Shown: positions 52,981-64,000 of the stretch, piece by piece | How the letters are laid out: every line of letters begins with the position of its first letter | Position numbering within the stretch: position 1 is the first letter of the stretch | From: Bugula neritina | Taxonomy: Eukaryota; Animalia; Bryozoa | Direction: 5' to 3' | Assembly: GCA_964035545.1 (NCBI GenBank) | Contig: OZ037766.1 | Location: 28,131,673-28,195,672, forward strand | Length of the DNA stretch: 64,000 nt | The notes under the pieces: model-generated | The model's database searches: none | Told to the model about the DNA's origin: nothing | What the model saw: the letters and a program-made list of their open reading frames with translations, nothing else | Program-made: the position numbers and the translations under genes

Positions 52981-53199
52981 ATGGAAGTCTCAACGCTATA
53001 CCTTTTCTTGGCTTACATCGTAGTGATAGAGGGATATTCTGATAGTAAGTACATTTAACTAGTTCACAGAGTTGTAAACGATAGTTCTCTTACAATTGTA
53101 AGATTTGGTGAGCTGACAGCATGCTGTTTAGCTTGATTCAAAATGACTGAAGTCAGTCTTAATCTTCTTTCAAACAGCAATCAGCAAAGACTGATTATT

Positions 53200-53247
<48 letters not shown>

Positions 53248-56200
53248 GGAACAGAAAATTTAAAATTTTATTCTCGTGAAACACTGAAGCTTTACTATGA
53301 AGTTAATAAATGCTTTATCTGCATGCAGAATAAGTTTTGTAGCATGTTTGTTGTATTCATTTACAGAACCGACTGAGTTAACTCTAGAATATTCTTCCCA
53401 AGGATACCCTGATTTCTACCTTGGAGATCTCAACACGTTCGTCTGCTCATTGTTTCCTGGTCGCATTGACAGACCTGAATCACTTGTTTATGTGCTAAAT
53501 GACCCCGAAACAGGACTTACGGGATGTATTGCGAATGAAATCTCTGTTTTTCACGGCACGGCACCTCCATACTTAAACAACAACAATGGAATAAGCTCTA
53601 CATCTATATCGGATGCATACTGTAGAGGTCACGGTAGCATTTTATTAAATTGGACCATAACAATTAATTTATCATTCACTAACACAAAGGTTAAAGGGAA
53701 ATTGTATTGCCTAAGTAATACAACTTACATTTTATACCCTACAAGAACTATTTATGAGTATGTCAACATATCTACTATAAAAGGTAAGTGAAATACAGTT
53801 AAGTGGTAAATTAGGCTGTCTTCATAGAAATATAAATGTTGAAATTCATGGCTGACATGCTAAAACCTGTTCAAATAAATTTAAATTTATTCATACAGGA
53901 GTTTTACTTCTGTTAGCCTAGGGCCACACTGTGCGTGTTTTCGCATGCGAAAATTAAAATCACGAGTAGCAAAGGTGTCCACTGTAGCATCAGTGATGCG
54001 TGATAAATAAAGCTTTCATTTTTAAATCGCGCTCGCTTTCAATAAAACGCAATTTGCTGGAATATAGCACTAAATAAAGAAATTGGGCTCGCTGAATAGC
54101 TACCAGCCAATTAGGTGACGACGACAGAGACGATTCGCACTTGCGTTGAAAATGCAGAGCGACAAGTGCGAAGGTTTTCTCATGCGAAAATACGCACCGT
54201 GTGGCCCTAGGCTTACACTTGAATAATCAGACAAGTCAGTGAAATCTCATAAATTATTTCTATAAGAATCCTGTCTGCTCTGTGTAAAAAATCTCTTTCT
54301 ACTTTGGAATAACCACAGGGCATGATCATATTTGCATTAGCTTATATTACCTATATTTGTATAGACAACTCAGCATGTACAGTGTTTTGCTAGCTTTCTG
54401 TAAAATAACTGCCCCTCCCCCCTTCTCCCCTGCCGAGAATCAGTCCAAAGCACTCTAACTTGCAAGCCAGAGTGTTACTCATTACACTAAATAAGGAATC
54501 ACAACACCACACTCTTGTTACTAATAGCAATTGTAAAGTCATTTAGAAAATGGGTCAGCTTCATCGAATCACAAACTGATAGAATTTAAAGTTTGGATGA
54601 CTAAATGCTATATAAATATCACAAATATTTGCATTTTAAGGGTTTTATGTAAAATAAATCCAATTTTTCTAATTTACATAATGTAATGGCTCTCGGATTT
54701 CATATATTGGAGTAATTAGAGGTAGTCATGGCGTTTCTATACCCCCCCCCCTCCCCGGAATGCCGCGTGGTTAGTGGCACGATTATTGCTGGGCCTCCAA
54801 TCAGGATGGAGATCTTAATTAGATCATGAGGGACAGTCTTCTCCAGCGTCAGTTATGACCAGTTAGGCAAAGAGTGAACACTTGTATACAGTCGTAGCAG
54901 TATCTGAATTAATTATAAAGTTCTTATTGTTGTATCTATCGTATAAAATATATTATATTATTCTCACGCAACAAGCCTGTGAAGTCGATTACGTAGCTTC
55001 AAGCAATGCACTAATAAGATTATACACTCTTACCCACAATAACAGAGAAACACAACAATAAGAGCCCTGCTTACCAGTTTTCCAACTAAGTGCTTAGAGT
55101 TGAAAGAAGTCAGTTATTTATTTTAAACCTTTTTCACAACTCTATTATTTTATGCCTCTGTATGCTTATTGCTCAGTGGGTGTTACATGAATAATATACA
55201 ATATGTAGATCTGTTAGAGTATTAACACTGCATTGAGAGAAAATCCCACATCATAGATGGCCCTATTTCAGCTAGGTTATACTAGCTACTCTCCAGCTTT
55301 CTTGGTTATGACTGGAATAAGTTTCCATCAAATGCTCAACAAGAGACTTAAATTGTTTGTAGTTCCCCCAAAAAATTTGAAAATGGAAATAAAGCCTGAG
55401 AAAGTAGAAGAGAATCAACCTTTTACTGCCGAGTGTCATTCATCTGATGCTGTTCCTGAATCTAGTTTTGTGTATGGTGAGCAAACTTAACGTTAATTAG
55501 AGAAGCTGTGTTCTATTTGTATCAAAACATATTGAGCATATGTGGTGGCTCGTAGAGCTACCATAGCAACGTAATACGGGGAATGTTATTTTCCCCCACT
55601 ACTACAGCATGGGGTCACGTAATTGACCCAGAACAATGGACAGCCAATTGGCGACACTGATAGTTAGTAGCAGTAGTTGGTTTTCCCACTGTTAGTCAGT
55701 CGAAGATAGAGTGCTGAATGATATAGATGTGTAGCATAACTGAATGTATCTGTATAGTTTTTGTGATGTATTCTTGTGTGTAAAATATACTCGTATTCAC
55801 TCGACTTATCCTGGTGAAGTTCGCTAGCCAGTAAATAGACTCTCTGGATTGCATATCAACCCTAAATCTGAAAATCATAACACATATTCCAAATAGCCTA
55901 CTGCTAAAGTGAAGATCCATTGAGAAAATAATATACCTATACCAATAATGAGGTCTGAACTTAATTGCAGCACTAACTGAGCTCATATAATCTGTAAGAG
56001 GTCAAAGCCAGAAACTGTTGCTCACTTTACAATCTGCTAAGTGAGATGGTGCTGTAAATCCCATTATTGGCATGTAGTTATTTTCATTATGACACAACGT
56101 GTAGGTATAGCCAAAGATATTAAAAGTGAAGTGCATATTCTAAATAATTATTGTAAGGTGTTTAAAAAAATTCTTAAGCTATTTTTATGGATCTCTGCAA

Positions 56201-59200
56201 TTTTTGAGATCTACAAAGTTTGATTTGCCTTGGTTTATTTTGCAGAGTTGGTAATCTTGTAGGTGTTCTTTTTAACTAATTTAGCCATACCTTTCATTAT
56301 AGAATCCACTTTGTAAGCTGTAGTTTTATTTATTTAAATTTTCTATCTACATAATTATATCTTATTTATATTTATGTAGCCGATCATGTTTACTCTATCT
56401 TCTCCAAGCATAATTATAACAATAGTTGTTGTATTCACAAGCCTTACTTATATATATATATATATATATCTTTTCTTGTCACCTGCTTTGCTCTGATCAG
56501 CAGCCTATCTCTTTTTCCTAGTCATATTTTGTTTTACTTGAAGAATCCAAAGATTTGTGTTGCAGAACATCTCTGTTACCAGTTAAAATATTATTCCTGT
56601 ATTGCTTTGCTTTTTAATTTTTATATTCAGTAAATTTGTCTGATGCAATTAGATTTTCACCACCTGATCTTTCATGAAATTCCTAAAAATGAATGGCAAT
56701 AATAAATGTAATTCACCTGTGATTGATTTATTTATTTAAGCAAAAGAAATATACACAAAACATGATTTCCTTTAGAAATAGGCCATAATGCATATGGTGA
56801 AGATATTTTATTTTTGCTTCTGACATTATTTTTTTGGTGTATTTTAGAGATTCATAAAGGAAGCGAATTACTTACTAATTCATCTGTTTTCACCCCAACT
56901 AAACTGCACAGAGATGGAGTAGTGGTGACCTGTACAGATCAATCACACCTCAACTGGAAAGGAGGAAATACCATAAAAAGCATAACAGTTTTACCCATGT
57001 GTAGGCATTATTCCTTCTTTTGTAAATAGAATTATTTTTATCACAAGTACAAATGTAAAATGCATAACTTATAGGGATAGTTATAATGCATTTTGTAAAA
57101 ATCAAATCGGTTTTTCATTTATTTTGCAGTTATTGACAGTGCAGGGCCAAGTACAGTTTATGAGCAGTTATATTTAGATAGAAGCTACAATTTAACTTGC
57201 CCAGATCACGTCATTGGACGACCAGAAGTTAATTCCTTCCATTGGATACGAAAAAACAAAAACCTCACCTTGACATTAAATACTCTTACTGTAAGCTCAA
57301 CGGAAAGTGATGAAAATAATGAACAGATTAAATGCCTGGCATCAAGGTATTGAAAAATTGACACTGTAAAATTTTAATAATTTTAGTTGTAAATTTTGGG
57401 CTCGAAATACACACGTTGTTTTATATGTTGATGTTTAGGCACTTATAGCTTTCTGCTGAAACTCAGCACAATTGAGTTAAATTCCAATGGAAGTGTACTG
57501 ATGACACCATAGGACTAACAATATGGTGAATTTCATAGCTGCATTGAGTAGTGAATCGATTGCTATCATGGTGCACATGCATTTACAAATTTAAATTATT
57601 TTCAATAAAAATGCAATCACTCACTCGTAAATGTAATAAAGCTTTTGTTTGACTACCAAATCGATTGATTACAAAAATCACTGAAGTCGTTTTTTACAAA
57701 CTTACAGTGCCTTGGGCAAAACAGTAGAAATCACATGGACTATTGACTGGAAAAAGGCGCCCTTACAGACCTCACCTGAAAGGTTAATCAAATACATAGC
57801 AGGAGTAAGTGGTGGAATAATAGTTCTAGTGGTTTTTATTGTCTCAATAGATGCTATATACAAAAGAAGAAAAAAAGGTAAGATAATACATTCCAAAGTG
57901 GCAATTCAGGATCAACCAAACACACAATTAGTGAGCCAACTAAAGTTATTTTCAGCCAGACATAAAAAGTGCGCTTTATATACACCTATTATTTTTTTTC
58001 ACGTTTTTGCAATTCTGTTATTATAGTAACTTATCAATTTGCATAAGCTATCATACACAAGTACCAATTCTTTTGGTCAATATATTCATAACTATAAGCT
58101 ATCAGCAATTCTACTGTTTGCTCAAAACAGGCCATGATTTCTTTTCATATTAACATTTTTACAATTCCCATTGTTTTTTGTCAGTTTTTTCATGTCCACT
58201 AATTTAGTTGCTCTAAAGCCAATTTCAGAACTGAAACTTTAATTTTCAGTAACTAGTTTCATTTTTTATTTCATAGGCCATGCAATTTTTTTCTGCAGCG
58301 GAAAGCTTCAAACAGCAGAAAACAGTGATAACAATGTCAAACACGTCACATTTTTCTAATAATGAAAATTAGCTTAAAAGACATAAAAATGCATGACAAA
58401 AAAGACATGCATCAGCAGGGAAAACCTTATATACGTAAACTTTAGGTAGCAAATAAATATAAGTTGAACACACGTAAAGTGTAAGTAATAAATAAAACTA
58501 GTTATGAAGCTACAAGCATAACACTCTATCGTCAGAAACCTTTTAAAATGCCTGAATTCATTTTGCTATAGTGTTTTATGACTAAGGCTTTAAAATTTGG
58601 TTAGAAAAAATATTAATTTCAACTTTTTTTTAGACCTAAAACAACAACAGTTCAGAGTAAAAAATGTACCAGCATAACTTTTAATGCTTCTACCATGTAG
58701 AAAAATTACGTATAACGCCTTTGATAGTTATACTTGGTCTTTCTGTACCACCACTAAAGCAATCCATGGCCTACTTGAAAAAATTTTTCCTTAGAATTTT
58801 TCTTAGCAATAAAACAGGGCAACTAAGGTTCCGTTTTAATGTTAAAAGCTTGTTAACAAATTTAAAAGCCCCAAGTTGAAGTACCTGCAAATAATAATGT
58901 ACATGTTAGGTGCAATGCACATCATAGCTACTCATTATGTTTTGCAAAAAATCTTAATATTTCCCTTGTCAGCTCTTGCAGACGTCAGGACCAGGAACCT
59001 ATTGTCTGCTGGAGAAATTCCCCAATATGAAGAGATTGAGGAGGTGAATGATCATGACAATGGTCTATACAGTTACCCGAGTACAACCACCTGCGGCATA
59101 GTGTCACCTTCACACCAACCTAGTAGAGATCAAGGGGATGCTTGTGGCTATGTAATGGATGCTGTTTTAGCTAATCCTCCTGAACTACCTCCATCAAGAC

Positions 59201-59220
59201 TTAGGGTTGTAGATACTTAA
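52981..59220 (+). CDS. Type I membrane Ig-superfamily receptor (~460 aa; 2-3 Ig-like domains, TM, Tyr-motif tail)
   Basis: Exons 52981-53044, 53367-53783, 55363-55476, 56848-57000, 57130-57346, 57708-57877, 58973-59220; 1383 nt, phases consistent. Signal peptide MEVSTLYLFLAYIVVIEG; Ig-like Cys pairs (FTAECHSSDAVP...VVTCT; YNLTC...FHWIR...IKCLAS); TM YIAGVSGGIIVLVVFIVSIDAIY + KRRKK; tail with YEEI, YSYP, YVMD, PPELPPSR. Confidence 0.8.
53194..53247. repeat. (ATT)n microsatellite
   Basis: Directly visible, intron 1 of the Ig receptor gene. Confidence 0.95.
53916..54212. mobile_element. Harbinger-like MITE, second copy, TTA TSD, internal deletion
   Basis: tta|GCCTAGGGCCACAC...GTGTGGCCCTAGGC|tta; nearly identical to 36349-36691 but 46 bp shorter. 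Confidence 0.88.
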
Positions 59221-61573
59221 CAAACTTCACAGATAAACAAACATATTACAATATTTAAATAAATAAGAAAAGGGTAGTCCATTTATAAGGTCACAGTTAT
59301 GCATAGCCATAAGTAGTATTTATGGTTTTAATGGTAATCTAAATGAAATGCTGTTGACATTGACTTTAAATGTAAAAATTTACATTTTTTAATTTTTATT
59401 GATGTTTGGACTAATGAAAAGCTTTATAAAATAGCTCTAAATTGTGATCATTAAATTGTTTTCATTGTATAATTTTGGAACTTGTTTAAAAATGATAAGT
59501 ATATATTTTTATAAACACTTTTAATTTTGATTATATACACAGTGCCACAAGAACAGCCCGCTCTTGACAATCAGTTAGAGCAGCTTCTATAAATGAGTTC
59601 AGATTGTTTTGGTTACGTCAAATTTTAGCGCAGCTACAGTACAAGTTCCCAGATACTTATTTTTTATCACAAACATAATTTATGAATTATTTTGCTTAAG
59701 AAGAAACTTTTCTAAATAGATTGTGCCAATAACAGCTCAAAGCAAAAATTTTTTTTGAAACTTTCCAGATTGGCTGTCAATTAAATTCAACAAACGAATT
59801 GATGCAACAGGGTTGAGTGATGTTAAGAATGTTAGTCATAATTGCTCTTTGCCAATTTTTTATAAAGTCCTTAGCGAGCTTAAAAACTCCTTTTTGTTAA
59901 GGGTTCTCGTAGGGATGGTGATTACACATCCTTGCGAGTTTATGAAAATAAATTTATAAACCTTGAGTTTAATATACTGCTGCCTATTTTGAAATACTAA
60001 CAAGCACAGCATTTCATTACTCTGACCTAAAAGGCTTGTAACAAAGTAACATAGTACAGAGACATACTAAATATTTCCATTGAACAGTCTTCATACTCAC
60101 TCGGTGGTAGAGACTAGAGACCAGGAATGTTTGACCAAGTTTGGTGTTTGGACAGAGTCACAGTGATATTGCCAGGCCACTTTAACATATCCCATCAATA
60201 CCTTGCCTGGTGCATTGTAATTTTGTTAATATGCTATGAGCAGCTGCGAATATACAAAACATACCAAAAAGCATCAGCTGAATATATAAAATATAGCACA
60301 TGCTAACACATTGTTAATAACAAAATCAACTACTACATTATCATCCCACTGAATACGACCACTAGGAATAGCAAACATATCAAATTAAAGTAATCTACAC
60401 ATTATAAATCTCAATACAGCAGTATATATACATTTTCTGATCCAGATAACACCAAGATAGCTATATATTACATTAATCAACATACTACAATAATGGAATT
60501 TACAGCTACAGTATTACACGCATTCCATACCACATGCCGACAAAGCATCACCTGTAGGGAAAGTTTCCCATTACCAATACAGATAGACAGTTATACAACC
60601 TAGTTTCAACTCCTATGAGACCAACAGCGAACTTCTAAGTAAAAAGAAGCCAGGAGTAAATATTTATTTCTACTTATGGTACTCTCTCCACTGCTGTAGC
60701 CATGTGTGTTAGTCATATCAACCAAATTAGGCATGGAGGTAGCTTTAGTCTCCCAGATCTTAGTATAACCAGCTTTGCTGCGATGGTGATTGCGTCTCCA
60801 GCATCTCCACACTGTGTACATAGTATTCGCTAACAATATATATAAAATAACATAACAAAGCGTTACAAAATTATTGCATACGAACCACCGACGCTCACAG
60901 AGACAACTAACAGCAATGATTTGTAAACATGGACAAACTGAAATTAAGCATAGAAAGATGGTAAAAAGAATTCTATACCTCATACACTGAACGTCACCCA
61001 ATGCACAGAAAACTTGTCACAAAAAATTGAAACTTCCACATTCAATTGGCAGTCTACATTCACACACAAACATCCCCACTTGAGTGCCATTTGGACACTA
61101 GTTTGAACATAGCTCTTTGCATATAATGTGGGGTTGGGCCATATATGGCCATAGGGCAGGCCAACCATTTACTTTTTTTCTAAGTTGACGAGGCAACTTT
61201 TTCAACACGACATCAAGATTTTTTTGCATTCAGGATCAGTTGATTTTTTCTGATCTTTGTTTTGCCGGTTGCATAATGGTGACCTGCCCTTCGTTTATTA
61301 GCATAAGAAAAAGAAGTGATAATATCTGTAAAATCAGGATTCTAATAACACCTGCTTATATAAGAATTCAGCGAAAACAGTTGCTGAAGCAAAAAAACGT
61401 CACTATTTACAAAACTTACATTCAGATAAAATAGGGTACAATAATAATAATGCATTAAACAAATGACAGTGGCATGTTCAAAATTATTATAATGCTCTAT
61501 ATAGATTGTTCATTGCATCTTCCAATATGTGATCATCCTCTAACTTCAGTGAAACGAGCATGCAGCTTTGTTT

Positions 61574-63804
61574 CTATGGTAACCAGACACGCTTCTTATC
61601 CGAATCATCTCCAAAATCCTCATCATCTAGCAGGATATCCTCATCAATATCTCCCTGAACATAGGACACAGTATAGCGTAAACATCTAGTAGTCTTACAA
61701 GTTAAACATATCTAACTGAAAATACAATATTTCAATAGATGTTTAATGTATAGCCAGGAGAGAAAAAAGTGCACTATACAGAAAAATATGTTTTACCATC
61801 TGGGTGACAACTCGTCTGCGTGATACTCAGTTTACTGAGTATCATGGGGAGTAAAACAGTGTCACAGTAGACCATTGAAGTAGAATGAAAGGGATATTAC
61901 AGTATACCTTATATGAAATGTAATTTAGTTCAGTCACCATGTGGTTAATTTGAGTGAAACTGAACCAAAACATAACTAAAAGTTACGCAGGTATAAATGT
62001 GGTCTCATTACTATCTAAACACCTTGAATTTGATAAAATAAACATTTGGATATCTGAAACGGTCAATACATTTCCAAAATGAAATTTACCTCAAACTTTC
62101 CTACACCAACAGGATACAAAACGACTTACATGAGCGCATAGAGAGAGAAAAATATGCCATTACTAACCACTTCATTGCAGTCGTCAGTGGCCAGTATATC
62201 GGTCTCGTCATTATTATCAAGAAGAACACTGTCGGACACTGCTGACTTCACTTCCTGTACAGTAGAATCTGCTGAGTCCGATGGAGCAGAAGTCGTGGGG
62301 GATTTGGGAGCTACTCCTGCTGTAGATTGGCTGGGAGCTGACTGAGAACTGGTAGTAGAACTGAGAACTGGAGCCACTGAAGTGGTGGGTGTCTGACTAG
62401 GAGACGGAGCAGGGGGAGTGGTGGGTGCAGGCTTGTACCACTTCATTATAAGATTTTTAGATCCAAACTTGGCACCTGAATTGCACAAATTTGGTATTTT
62501 ATTACAAGATTTGAGAGTAGTTTGAGCGTGATAGTAATTTTTGAAAATGTGTGTTGACTACTTACCATGGATGGAGGCAACTTTGGCGTCGTGTGCCTTA
62601 GAATACTCTACCACTATGGAAGTCATAGGACCTTCCCGGTATTCTTTGGGAGTAACCGTTCCGTATTGCTACAAAATATACTAATCGAAATTAACAAGGC
62701 ACATACAATCCATTTACACACTTTGAGATGATTATGACACCCAATGAGTTTAGCATCAAAATGATTCCAAGACTTTTTGTTAACAACTTCGCATAGGATA
62801 TTTTTCAGAAAATATTCGGCCAGCGCTAAAAAATTAAAGTACATCTTCTCTCTTGTTTCAGTTATTGATTATTTAACTCTGACTGTTCACACGTATTAGA
62901 TCATAGCATAGCATCTCAAGATGCAAGCAGGTGCCCTTAGAGTGGCTGGCAAATACAGCTGAAATGACGAATCTTAAACCAACCTTAAAATGGGCCACCA
63001 CAGCATCCTTCTCTTCCGGTTTAAAGCCAAGAATGGTCAATGCTGTTGGGGGAGGAGCCTGTTCCGTATGCTTGAACGCACCGCCTCCTCGGCCACGCCC
63101 TCTTCCGCCTCTGGTACCGCCACGCCCTCGACTGTCCACAATACCCAATGAGCTTGCCTGTAGTATTCACGAACATAAACTCTCAACATCTCATTATTTT
63201 CATCAAATCTGACTGCTAATTTCAGACAATACGGCACATAAACGCTGAATCAAGCCAATCAAAAGACTTTCACAATCCTCAGATATTCTCTACTTAGCTT
63301 TTCCTTCATTACATGATATAAACATGTGCATATATCAATCATTATGCCAATAATAGCAATCCAAGTTTTGGACACCTGCTACTTATTGTGCATGCACTTG
63401 TCATTCAAATGTCACACACCTGCAGATCACATCACACACCTGTCATTCAAATGTCACACACCTGCAGGTCACATCGCACACCTGTCTTTCAAATGTCACA
63501 CACCTGCAGATCACATCACACACCTGTCATTCAAATGCCACACACCTGCAGATCACATCACACACCTGTCATTCAAATGTCACACACCTGCAGGTCACAT
63601 CGCACACCTGTCAGTCAAATGTCACATGCCAGTCACACTCACGTGTTTCTTCAGACTCTCCAGTTTCTGCTGCAGTTCAGCTGTATCCTCACCGGCCAAC
63701 TTCTTCTGGTGGACGTCAATTTCAGCGTCGAGTATTTCCTTAGTGGTCTTGGCAGCTTTGGCTGACGCAGACTTGCTGGCAGCCTGACTCAACTTCAAAG
63801 ACTC
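61574..63804 (-). CDS. RBM26: RNA-binding protein 26/27 homologue, last five coding exons
   Basis: Exons 63804-63643, 63157-62984, 62668-62566, 62475-62168, 61654-61574 in phase: KEILDAEIDVHQKKLAGEDTAELQQKL...LGIVDSRGRGG (RGG box)...ALTILGFKPEEKDAVVAHFK|QYG...AKVASIH|GAKFGSKNLIMKWYKP...acidic tail KRVWLP*. This follows the coiled-coil/RGG/RRM2/acidic C-terminus of RBM26/27. Confidence 0.85.
63394..63632. repeat. 42-bp minisatellite, about 5.5 copies, intronic
   Basis: Unit cacctgtcattcaaatgtcacacacctgcagatcacatcaca; it explains the repetitive ORFs 63326-63787 and 63388-63765. Confidence 0.95.
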
Positions 63805-64000
63805 CTACGCACAGTGGTTCAAACGCTCACAACAAACAAGAAACACAGCAGCTCAGGACAGATCTAGTGAGGTTTATCATGAAAATCTATTGCCAAGTAT
63901 GTAAGTACTGCATAGTAATAAAAACAGAAAGAAAATACATCATGTAAAATAGACAACGTAGAATTTCGTGATGAAATCACAATATTCATAGAATAGCTAG

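Noticed and set aside
60606-61001. 131-aa minus-strand ORF with hydrophobic stretches
   Set aside because: Non-ATG start, no recognisable motifs or supporting splice structure; probably RBM26 3' UTR or intergenic sequence.
63326-63787. His/Cys-rich repeat ORFs on the plus strand resembling metal-binding proteins
   Set aside because: Produced by the 42-bp intronic minisatellite and the antisense of an RBM26 exon.

Overview
AT-rich, intron-containing animal (probably invertebrate) genomic DNA; the species cannot be determined from sequence alone. (1) Bases 1-37.7 kb hold a tandem array of seven copies (A-G) of one six-exon gene encoding a small secreted protein: signal peptide + PAN/Apple-like domain + stand-alone, divergent GON domain, with no protease. 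D and F are complete. A runs off the window. E is an inverted, divergent paralogue whose first exon I could not place. G has one nonsense codon, B has lost exons 2-4, and C is a frameshifted fragment. The copies are mosaics of each other, consistent with unequal crossing-over and gene conversion, and amino-acid variation clusters in a few short segments. (2) Mobile elements: a 5'-truncated Penelope-like element (RT + GIY-YIG), a 271-nt-unit retrozyme-like element with an intact hammerhead ribozyme core, two MITE families (two copies each), a ~5-kb decayed Kolobok-like DNA transposon with KolX-like remnants and a perfect p53-type element, and SINE-like fragments. (3) Other genes: an NHL/beta-propeller gene (minus strand), a 7-exon single-pass Ig-superfamily receptor with tyrosine motifs in its tail, and the 3' part of RBM26/27. 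All exon models were built by hand from splice signals, phase continuity and comparison between paralogues. Domain names come from motif recognition, not database searches.
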